64,000 nucleotides of DNA from Parasitella parasitica NRRL 2501. Lineage: Eukaryota; Fungi; Mucoromycota. How positions within the stretch are numbered: the stretch's first letter is position 1; every line of letters starts with the position of its first letter. Below, one piece after another: positions 14,662 through 25,291 of this stretch. Under the pieces are notes generated by a model that saw nothing but the letters and a program-made list of their open reading frames with translations, did not search any database and was not told the origin of the DNA. The position numbers and the translations under genes were made by a program. The stretch lies in the NCBI GenBank assembly GCA_025201805.1, contig MU619239.1, positions 403,000 through 466,999 of the forward strand, written 5' to 3'.

Positions 14662-17600
14662 ATGGCTCAACAGCGAGACACTTTTCAGAACTTTTTAGCG
14701 AATTCAGGTCTTTCAATGAATAGTCCGAATCAACAGCAGCCTCAGCAGCAGCCACCTCAGCAGCAGCCACCTCAACAGCAGCCACCTCAGCAGCAACCTC
14801 AAGTTAATAGACAAACTAATCCAAATTTTGGTCAGCAACCTCAGCAACCTCAGCAACAGAATGACCCTAATTTTTACTATCAACAGCAAAATCCGTTGCA
14901 ACCACAACCTAATTTTCAACAGCAGCAACAATCACCTAATCAACCTTCTCCTCAAATGATTCAACAGCAGCAAATAAACTATTTGAGAGCTCAGCAGCAG
15001 CAGCAGCAGCAACAACAACAACAACAACAACAGCAGCAGCAGGTGAATTACAACATGGGCGGATTCAACAACTACCCGCAGCAGCAAAGAGCTCCCCAGC
15101 CGTCCGGCCAAAATGTATCTCCAATGCTGATGAATTCTGCCTCTCCCAATATGAACAGAGCAGCTGCCATTCCCAATCAACAGCAGCAGCAGCAGCAGCA
15201 ATCGCAGCCAAGTGGAAGCGCAAACCCAGCGTATGGCAATCCAATGATGAACAACCCAATTTTACAAAAACAATTGGCAGAAGCACAGCGTCTCCAGCAG
15301 CAGCAGCAGCAGCAACGCCCAAATGCTCAATTTGTAAACATGTTCAACAATAGCCAGCCCTCCCCACAGCAGCAACATCATCCGCAATTGCAACAAATGC
15401 AACAACAGCAATTCCATCCACAACAGCAAAATCAACATCGCCCTCCACCTCCTAACGGATACTTTATGCAGCTCTCTCCCCAGCAATTGCAACAGCTGTC
15501 TCCTCAGCAATATCAAGCTTATCAGCTACAGTTACAGCGCCATCAGCAAATGCAGCGTCAGCAAATAATGATGCAGCAAGGCTTTGATCCACGTTTTCAT
15601 CAATTGCAGCCTCATCAGCAGCAGCAAATTATGATGCAAATGCACCAGCATCAGATCCAGTTCCAACAGCAACAACAACAGCAGCAACAGCATCGTCAGT
15701 TGGCTGAACGCCCCAAGCGACCTATTAGAAATGCTGCCAGGAAGAAGCGCGGCTACGAGGCCTCTTCTGACGAAGAAGATGAATTCGACTTGGAATCTGA
15801 GGAATCTGAACCTCCAGTTAGCGACTTTGAAGACAGTGATGGAGAAACGCAAGCTAAAAAGAAGCAGCAGGCTGCTCTGGATGATGAGCCTGTCATGATC
15901 CCTATGGGAACGCATGTGTTTGAGCGTATTTTGGATTATAGAAAGCTTGATAATGGAAAGGAGGAGCTGTTGATCAAGTACAAGAATACCAGTTTTCTTC
16001 ATGTGGAGTGGGTCCCTATCAAGCAAATTGAAGCCGAACATCTGGGTAAACACCGTGTCAAGAAGTTCTTGCAAAAGTACTACCAGGATGGTGAAAAAGG
16101 CGAAGATTTTAAAGATTATTTAAAGGTAAAGAATGTCTCTTTCAGTGCGCACTCGTGTATTCATTCTAGACGTTATTTAGATGGATCGTGTCATTGATGA
16201 TGGTGAGCTGGAGGACCCTGTTACGGGTGAAAGCAAAGTGTACTATCTTGTGAAATGGAATGGCATGTTCTACGATGCCTCGACATGGGAAACGGAGGAA
16301 GATGTTCGTAAAACCGACAGTGTTTTGCTCGATGAATTCATCGCTAGAAAGCAAATCCCTGAAGAAAAGATGGCGCCGTCTCCTCCTAGACCAGACTCTA
16401 GCCGTTTTATCGAGTACGCTGATTCTCCACCTTACAAATACGGCAATTCACTTCGTCCCTATCAACTCGAAGGCCTCAACTGGCTAAGATTCTGTTACTA
16501 CACCTTCAAATCATGCATCTTGGCTGATGAAATGGGTCTGGGCAAGACTGTCCAGTCTGTCGCTCTTTTGAATGACATATACAATGCCATTCGTATTCGT
16601 GGTCCCTTCCTGATCATTGCTCCATTGTCCACAATCCCCCACTGGACCCGTGCGTTTAACGCTTGGACTGACTTGAATGTGATTGATTTCCGTGGCAGTG
16701 TCATGGCCCGTAATCTGATTGTGGAAACAGAGTTCCACTACCAGGATGCCGAGGGCAATATTATCCCCAACAAATTCAAATTTGATGTGCTGATTACCAC
16801 GTACGAAATGGCTTCTGCTGGTGCCATGACATTGAAGGATATCCCCTGGCGTTGCGGCGTTTTTGATGAAGCACATCGTCTCAAGAACAAGAACTCCAAG
16901 GTTCTGGAAGTGCTCAAGACATTTTACATGGACCACAAGCTGCTTTTGACCGGCACACCTTTACAAAACAATTTGGGAGAGCTTTACAGTCTTCTCCATT
17001 TCATGCAGCCAGACATTTTCAACGATGAGGAGCGATTCTTTGCAGAATACGGCTCACTAAAATCAGCCCAGGAAGTTGAGCGTTTGCAATACTTGCTGAA
17101 GCCCATCATGTTGAGACGTTTCAAGGAAGACGTTGAGAAAACGATCCCTGTCAAAGAAGAAACTGTCATTGAAGTAGAATTAACTAACCCGCAAAAGAAA
17201 TGGTATCGGGCCATCTTGGAAAAAAACTTTAGCTTCTTGAAAAAGGGAGCGAAATCCAACAAGGAGATGCCTCATCTCCGTAATATTATGATGCAGCTTC
17301 GCAAGTGCTGTATTCATCCTTACCTTCTCGAGGGCGCAGAAGACGTTATTATCAACGAATGCAACGCTACTGGGCAGCAAGAACAATTCAACTGCCTTGT
17401 TCAATCATCCGGTAAACTGGTACTTATCGATAAACTGTTGAGAAAGTTAATTCAAGGTAACCACAAAGTGCTGATCTTTTCGCAGTTCACAAGGTAGTAT
17501 ACAAGCATGCTTTTATGCGATCGAATCATGATTATTTATATACATATCTATACCTCAGTTGTTTGGATATTCTCGCTGATTATTTGCGTGGAAGAAGCTA

Positions 17601-20600
17601 CGCTTATGAACGTATTGACGGTAGCGTTCCCGGTGATCAACGTCAGGCGGCTATTGACAGATTCTCCACTCTTCCCATTGAAGAGTCTTTTGTATTCTTG
17701 TTGTGTACCAGAGCTGGTGGTGTTGGTATTAATTTAACCGTACGTCTTTACTACATTAGCCGTGTATTTCTACCTCCAAGTGCCTGATTAACAAAACATT
17801 TATTTAGGCTGCTGATACGTGTATCATTTTCGATAGCGATTGGAATCCTCAAAACGATCTCCAAGCCCAAGCAAGATGTCATCGTATTGGCCAAACCAAG
17901 CCTGTCCAAATCTACCGTTTGATCTGTGCCAACACTTACGAAAAGGACATGTTTGATCGTGCCGGCATGAAGTTGGGCCTGGATAAGGCTGTTATGGGTA
18001 CGCACGACGATGGAAGTGCAAACAAAACCGCTGAATTGAATCGAAAGGAGATTGAAGACCTCTTGAAGAAGGGCGCCTACGGTGCAATGCTAGATGATGA
18101 AGCATCTGCCAAGTTCTGTGAAGAAGACATTGATCAGATTCTCGAACGTCGCACCACTGTTATTCGCCACGAAGGCAACGAAAAGGGCTCAGTGTTTTCG
18201 AAAGCAACTTTTTCAGCTGCAGACGACGATAATGCTGGTGTCGATTTGGACGACCCTGACTTTTGGGAGAAATGGGCTGCTAAAGCGCATATCGATACAA
18301 CTGAACTTCCTGACGAAAACGAACTGATTGTCTCCTTGCCTCGTAGACGCCGCCAAGTACAGCGCTTTGGTTCTCGTGGTGTTGACGGATCCTACTCTTC
18401 TAACGATAATGCGGACGATTCGGACGCTGCATACGAAGAGGAGCTCGAAACTAGACCTCGTCGTGGCGGTCGTGGAGATCAAGCTCGCCCCTGGACTCTC
18501 TCTGAAAAGACCAAATACGAGCGCAAGTTGATGATCTACGGTTATGGTAAATGGGATTCCATGGTTCAGTACTTTCCCCGTCGTTCTGAAAAGGACTTGA
18601 AAGCTGTAACCAGAGCTTTGATGCGCAAGGTGCTTCCTATCTTGAAAAATGTCAAAAAGACAACCGAAGAAGATCGCAAGTTGATTCTAGACATTGAGAA
18701 TATTCTGCTGAACGATGCTCGTGATGAGATCAAGAAAGGCGAGGGCATTCCTTATAGCGGCGCCACCAAAAAGCAGATTGCCGAATATAAAACCTTCTTG
18801 ATCCAGGCGCCTGAAGACTACGTTGATCATATCGAACGAAAGGGCCGCAACTTTTTACTTCGCATCCAAATGCTTCATTTGATTCGCGACAAGATTGTGC
18901 CTACTGACTGGGAAGAAGCAAAGGCCTTGGAAATGCCCAAGGTAACTGGCTTACCGCCTGCCAAATGGTGGCGTGAAACTGAGGACCGTTGTCTGTTGCT
19001 CGGTATCTGCAAGCATGGCTATCAGCAATACCTTGCTATGCGCAACGACCCTGAATTATGCTTTTATGGCAAGAAGTATGATGACAGTCAATCCGGGGAT
19101 CTTGGAGACGACGATGCCAAGGACAATGACAAGAATGATGATGCCGATAGCAGCAGACAAGCATCGGTGGAGCCTGTCAACGTAATTGCTAAAAAGACTT
19201 TCTCAAAGAAGGATGACGATGATAGTGATTATGACGACAAGAAGGCTGACGACTCGTCTGATGACGAAGAGTACACTGGTAAACCCAAGGTTTATGTCTG
19301 GCCATCCAAGGCTGATATTGGTATGCGTCTTCGTCGTATCATTGCTGCCTTTTTAAGAGAGAGAGCCAACAGCACTCGCAAGCGCAAGTTGGAGGAGAAG
19401 GTTCAAAAGAAGGAGAGCGATCGCCAAACCCGTCAGCGTCAAAAGGAGACCCGTGCTGCCCAGAGACAACGAGCCAGGCAAAACGAAGCCTCGAATCGCT
19501 GGACCAAGAAGAACAAAAGTGATTTTATAAAGACTCTCATGTCCTTTGGTGTTGAACGCGAAGACGACGACTTCAAGTGGGACCGATTCAAGGAAATCGC
19601 CAACTTGGAAAAGAAAACGGACGAATCGCTGTCCCACTACTACAAAGAAGTATACGCCGCTTGCGAAGAAACCGTTAAAAAGCATGCTGCCGAGAATGGC
19701 TCTGGTGCAGCCTCTTCTGCTGCTGGAGGAGCTGACGTGGATACGCCTGTGTCTTCACCAAAGGATAATGGGGATACCATGAGCCGCGAAACAAGTCTTG
19801 AACCTGAAGAATCCAACGAAAATGGAAATGTCGTTCCTTTTGACAAGGCTCGCCGTTCTTTGAGGCGTGTCGCTCAGATGGATATTATTCGTGAAAAGGT
19901 GCTTGTCAATCCGGACTTGGAGACCATCTTGATCAGAGCAAAGAAGACATCAGGCTTACCAAGGTTTGAATTACTTTTCCAATATATATACATATATACA
20001 CACATTACCTCGGCCTAACGCATTATTTATTTGATATAGTTGGTGGGAAGTGCCTAAGCATGATTTTGCATTGTTGGAGGGAGTCAGCAAACACGGTATG
20101 AATCGTCAGGATCTTATCATCGAAGACCCTGATTTGCCATTCTACCATGTCAAAAAGAGTCTCACAGAGGGTGGTAAAGAGGACGAAGGTGATGAAGGTG
20201 ATTTGAACCTGTTCAAATTTGTGTGGCCTAGAGATCTCGTCATCTTTCGTCGCATTGATTCACTCTGCGACCTAGTGACAAATCCCAAGCCTCTTAGTAT
20301 GCGTGCATCCAGGAAACGCAAGCAAAATTCGGATGCTCGTGGATCAGGAGGACGCAAAAAGAAGGCCAAAGAAGAAGAAGAAGGAGGAGATGATCAGGCC
20401 AACCGTAGTGATTTAAGTGAAGAAGAAATGAACGAAGAAGACGATTACGCCGATGAAGAGGACGACGGAAACGCGCCATCATCTATTACTGCCGATAGCT
20501 TAACCGGAGACGTTCAGTACGAGGAAGAACAGGAGCCAGCCATACCATACGAGCCCATGCAAGGCGTGATTCAAGAACCAGCACTGGGCAGTGCTTCTGT

Positions 20601-20805
20601 TTTTGCCAAAGACGAGCCCACTGCTGTTTCTGCAAAAGACGACGTAAAAATGGATGTTAATCAACTTATTCATCACGACCACCAAGTTGAAGCGAAGGAA
20701 GAGGAACTAAAAAAAGTAGAACAAATCCATCAATTAGAGGAAAATCAAGATGCGACTATGTCAACTGTCCAAGAAAATGCTGCTGTTCTAAAGACTGATG
20801 AGTAG
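14662..20805 (+). CDS. CHD-family SNF2 chromatin remodeler (CHD6-9/Kismet-like), about 1959 aa, 5 exons
   Basis: Q-rich N-terminus, tandem chromodomains (YLVKWNG...STWE), helicase motifs [27 protein letters not shown] and [11 protein letters not shown], and SANT-like C-terminal repeats. Exons 14662-16125, 16181-17493, 17559-17739, 17808-19963 and 20040-20805 sum to 5880 nt in frame. Confidence 0.95.
14731..15690 (+). repeat. CAG/CAA-rich polyQ and QQPPQ repeat region of the CHD N-terminus
   Basis: 15-nt CAGCAGCCACCTCAG-type tandem units and several polyQ runs. Confidence 0.9.
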
Positions 20806-21140
20806 TTGATTTTTTGATTTTAATTTACTTGTAATTATAGATGCTTTTTCCTACTTTTTCTCATTTTTTCTTTTATTATTTAATATCCCAACCCAACATT
20901 TTAATATTATATTATCAAAACGAAAACAAGAAAAAAATCCCTTTTTTGCTTTGCTGTTGTCTATAAATTTCTTATTCAAAAAAGGTCAAAACGTTTAATT
21001 AAGACGCTGCATTCGCAGACATTTATCAATCTTCTTTCAACGTCTTCTCTTTCAACCCTGATACGTATAGCGACAATACTCATTCCTCATTTACTACGTT
21101 TCATTTACTAATATCCTTTTTGACTTATTCAGTACTATAT

Positions 21141-21420
21141 CAGTACCCATTCTCGGGGTAATGGCATCAATCTACCGTATACTGCTGATCAGAAATGGCT
21201 TCAAAGAGGCTACAAAAACATTTTGTTTCTTCCTACTCAATTGAGAATCTTGGTCTGCAATGAAAGGCAGTTTCAAGAAAAGTTTTTAGGATCAGTGACC
21301 CTGAAGCTTTGAGAATGCGAGCAGCTGAGGCACCCTACGAAATAATATCTTCCATCTTCACAATCATCAGTAAACACTCTGCAAAAAAAGTTTGCTAATC
21401 ATCTCAAGCCTCTTCAATAA
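21141..21420 (+). mobile_element. Degenerate Tc1/mariner (DDE_3) transposase C-terminal fragment
   Basis: With frameshifts it reads ...QRGYKNILFLP...LN(P)IE..WSAMK...EALRMRAAEA...KHS..., matching the RGY..(L/Y)LPPYSPELNPIE.FWS..K region of Tc1-like transposases. The PYSPE segment is deleted and stops are present. Confidence 0.55.
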
Positions 21421-21573
21421 ACTTAATATCAATCGTTTTGACATTTGATGTTTATTACTAACGCCAGTTGATAAAACCAAGGGCAATTTGGGTTAGCCAA
21501 AAGCGCATGTGTTTTCTAAAAGTGCCAATTGGCACTGGAAGCACTATATTGACTGATAAATAGTTCATAAGGC

Positions 21574-23564
21574 TCAAACTGTGTATTCAAAATCTGGGTG
21601 TCGATCATGCACTAAATCAATGCCACCAAACTTGTATATTTGATACTGACGATCGTCAGTGTTCAGCCTAGACCGCCTTGATGTTTCTTTAGAAAGACAT
21701 TGTCTCAAAAACAAGGCAAATAATATCTGAATTACTAATAGCGCTATTATGATTGATTTGCCAGATGAATAACTAGAGGGATCTATTTATATGTAATAAC
21801 GAGCATGTCAATATCATTAGCATAATTTTACACATCCACATACCTAAAAACAGTTGACTACCGGCTGCACTCCCGACTGATCCTATTGAAACAGTTGCCC
21901 CGATGGCGATTGTTCTTCGGGTAAAACCAATACTATGCGTTTACGTGAGTTTATACATAATTAGGCAGATAGCACAATGGTCTCAATAGCTATCCTTACA
22001 AATTATTAACCATCCATGTTATGACAATAGCAATATGTGCATACACTGCTGCTACGAGAATACATGTAGCAATGTAATGGCCCAAATGAAACGATCCTAT
22101 ATTATTTGGCAAGACTAGTAGAACAGTGATGGAAGCAATAGATACAGTGTCAGCAGCAACTATATGATATGACCTGTTATACAATCGATCTATGCAAAAG
22201 TAATTAGCATATATGTGCCTGGGGTACTCCATGCACTACTCAAGTGCCTAGTACCTGAACTGTAGCATAATGCAAGTGTTGCTATAATGGCCAAAAAATA
22301 CGGAGGAAGCAATAGTAACTGACTTTGTAAACTAGTAGGTTTAGAATTCAAGTCCATAATGACTATAGGTAGAAACAGAGAAACTCCTCGTAGACAGGCA
22401 GCCCCCAAAAGATACAGGATAATGTATGCGTATATCTTCAAATCCAGAAACACTGATCCTACTTGGTCCCAAGACCAGTCATCGTAATTTAGAGTTAAAT
22501 AGTCTATATGCACGATAAGGTTAACGACTGTCGGCTATGTATGTAACATCTGCATGCTTATGTAGTTTGACAAACCCTCTCTTAGCTTTCTTTCAATGAT
22601 TCGGCTTTCCTGCGTTACTAGAAAACTAGCACAGCTTGGGTTATCAGGGAGATACCAGGAAGCTATCAAAGCTAATGCTACGCATGGGGCTCCTTGTATT
22701 ATAAATGTCCTTGTATATGTAAGAGACGATTAAGCTATCTTTTCATATCAAAGTTTAAATGTATATATACCATTGCCAAACGTGCATGTGGTTGTTGCCA
22801 ATATAACTAACGCCATATGCAAACAACCCTCCAATTCCTCCTGCTAAACATCTACAAGCCCAGAAGATACCCATCCTCTTTCCAAATTCTCTTCTTGTGT
22901 ACCAAAACGACAGATAGTAAATGGCTCCTGGGAAGAAGCCTACGTTTCAAAGCGGCATTATAACAAGCTATCGTATATCCAACTCATGGGCTAAAAATAC
23001 ATACCTGCTTCGAATACACTCGATAGCAGCCGAGCAATAACGAGACGATTAAAATCTGTACATGCTGCTATAGAGACAAAAATGATACCCCAAGCTCTTT
23101 GCTACACTAGTTAGACTTGGCCATACGCACAGTGCACAGTTTGTACGTATTTAATGACATACCCCATGAGAAATCCAAGCCAGAATGACGGACGCCAGCG
23201 TCGAAGTACAATGTTGGATGGTATGTCGAAAATAATGACACAGAAATAGTATATAGCAATAGCCCATTGCGCTTCAGCTTTCTCAATGTTTAAATCGGCT
23301 TTTAGACCACTGATATTTCCAAACTCTATGCTTGATCTGTATTTAACATTACAATCTTGTGTGGTAAATCAATATGTGCTGTATTGTAGGTACCTGTCTA
23401 ATGAACTAAGTAGATAAAACAGACAGATTATCGGTAACAGCTGTATGTCTACTTTACTATGTATTGAAGTATGATTACAATAAGCTTACATTTTATTACG
23501 ATAGCGTATATACATACACAACTAGTGGTACAGTGAACACAAACGGCTTTCTTTCGACTGGCAT
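21574..23564 (-). CDS. MFS transporter, anion:cation symporter family (Tna1/Dal5-like), about 10 exons
   Basis: Hand-spliced product reads KVDIQLLP...SLDR, DIPSNIVLRRWRPSFW, FEAGFFPGAIYYLSFWYTRREFGKRM, WQWTFIIQG and C-terminal DRHPDFEYTV*, all typical of fungal ACS permeases. All introns are GT-AG; the start exon is the least certain part. Confidence 0.88.
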
Positions 23565-24122
23565 TTTTTTCAGGTCGAATAAAAAAAGAAAGATGATTGG
23601 GAACTAACTGAATGGCTATGGGTATAAAGGATAAGAATAACGGCAAAAAACAGGAGAGATGAAAGGGTAAGTACATATGTATGTAGCAGACAAGAACAAT
23701 ATCATATAGTGATCTACATTGAATTTTTTGTTGAAGTCTCGCCCTGCATTGCCCAAGCTTAAATTAACACAATTCGGTAGTAGGCGTGATCTCCTTGATT
23801 TCGTATACTCAGAGTATGTGTATTTGTCAAACCAAGATTGAGGATATCATACATTGGTGATCTATACATACCCCAGACCGTTTCTCTTGCACACATTGAA
23901 TTAGAGATGTGCTGATAATCATCCATTTGTACAACACTGCTCACATGGATGTAATAAGACAAGATTCCTCTATATGCCCTGGATGTGTGTGTATGCGTAT
24001 TTATGTATACGTGCATGCACATTAATAACAACAACAAATGATACAATCTGTATGAATAAATTACAAGCAAAAAAAAACACAATATTTTATTAACATATAC
24101 CATAAATCATCACTCATCACTC

Positions 24123-25082
24123 TCAAAAAGAGTTTCTTCTAGCACGACCAACAACAGGAGCACGGCTAGCAATAGTAGCAACGGATGCAAAACGGTCAGT
24201 TCCATTTGTAGTTCCATTTGTAGGAAACGGGCAATACTCATGCATCATACGCATAGCGCTAGTATTCTGATGTAAATTAAATTGTCTTTTGCCTTTGCCG
24301 CTTCTTTTTTTCCTCTTGACATTGAATGCACCTGGTATGACTTTTGGGGGTTGTAGTGATGAAACTGGGATGGCATTTTCAATCATAATCACATTGGTTA
24401 CCGCAAAGATGAAGGCCCAGATGAGCATACCGCTAAAACTGCTGCTATTCTCAGCCGCCAAAGAAGACACAGGTACCAGCGTATCGTAATTAGATATCGA
24501 ATCAAACACCATGGAAATAAGCACATGTGGTACGTGAAATAAGGGTATCAAGATTAAGGCAGATAGCCGAGAATCAAATGTCAAACTGCGTTTTTTCTCT
24601 TGTTCTTTAGCGGGAATAGTGGCTGTAGCTGCAGAAATTGTAGCTGAAGTAGTAGTAGTTGCAGGTACTATCAAGTCTTTAGAGAGAGAATCAATGATGG
24701 CCAGTGAAGAGTCCAGTCTTTTAAAGGATTCCAAGACGACAGGAGCTGTAGTGCTGATTTTCTGTTGTGTGACATATGGTCTTCTTGTGATCATACATGT
24801 TGGGGGAGAGAATAGTAGAATGGGAGAATTTGTAGAGGGCCTTCTTGATGGAGGTCTTTTGGTCGATTTCTTCTTGGTGGGTGTCTGTGCTGTATTTGAT
24901 AGTTTGCGTACCATGGGAATAGAAACAGCTTGATTTGCTTCTTGAATCAAGTTTGATAGAATATCAGCTATTCTATCAAATTGCTGGTCGTTTTCTAGCA
25001 GCACATCATCGCTTTCTGTTAACAATGCCAGAGCTGATTCAGGTCTGGCAATTGTATATCTTCGTTGTCTTTTGGATTCCAT
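24123..25082 (-). CDS. Hypothetical membrane protein
   Basis: Long intronless ORF (first ATG gives MESKRQRR) with two hydrophobic segments (LSALILIPLFHVPHVLISMV; GMLIWAFIFAVTNVIMI). Confidence 0.7.
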   Translation of the reverse strand: MESKRQRRYTIARPESALALLTESDDVLLENDQQFDRIADILSNLIQEANQAVSIPMVRKLSNTAQTPTKKKSTKRPPSRRPSTNSPILLFSPPTCMITRRPYVTQQKISTTAPVVLESFKRLDSSLAIIDSLSKDLIVPATTTTSATISAATATIPAKEQEKKRSLTFDSRLSALILIPLFHVPHVLISMVFDSISNYDTLVPVSSLAAENSSSFSGMLIWAFIFAVTNVIMIENAIPVSSLQPPKVIPGAFNVKRKKRSGKGKRQFNLHQNTSAMRMMHEYCPFPTNGTTNGTDRFASVATIASRAPVVGRARRNSF

Positions 25083-25291
25083 TATTTCCGTATTTATTTG
25101 ATATATTTTTAATAAATCTAATCTATGAATGTCTATGTATGAAAGAGTCAACTAGTAATTTACGCAACTGTGAATAAAAAAAAAGTGCAATATTATATAT
25201 ATATTTGCGTACGGAAAGAAAGAGAAGGGAAAATGCATCTTACAGATATACACAAATATATAAAGCTTAAATAAACTTGCACATGATCGCT

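Noticed and set aside
14713-16074. Poly-Leu/poly-Ala ORFs on the minus strand (also 59399-59866 and 30305-30563)
   Set aside because: Reverse-complement or alternate-frame readings of CAG/CAA and AAC/AGT repeats.
21996-22513. Fragmented transporter ORFs suggesting a pseudogene
   Set aside because: The fragments splice through canonical GT-AG introns into an intact ACS-family gene.
23736-23812. TPP-riboswitch-like words (CTGAGTATACG; AAGCTTGGGCAATGC...GCGAGA) upstream of the ACS transporter on the minus strand
   Set aside because: The conserved UGAGA and CUUGAU...GAUAAU core and the P4/P5 pairing are absent. An Rfam RF00059 scan would settle it.
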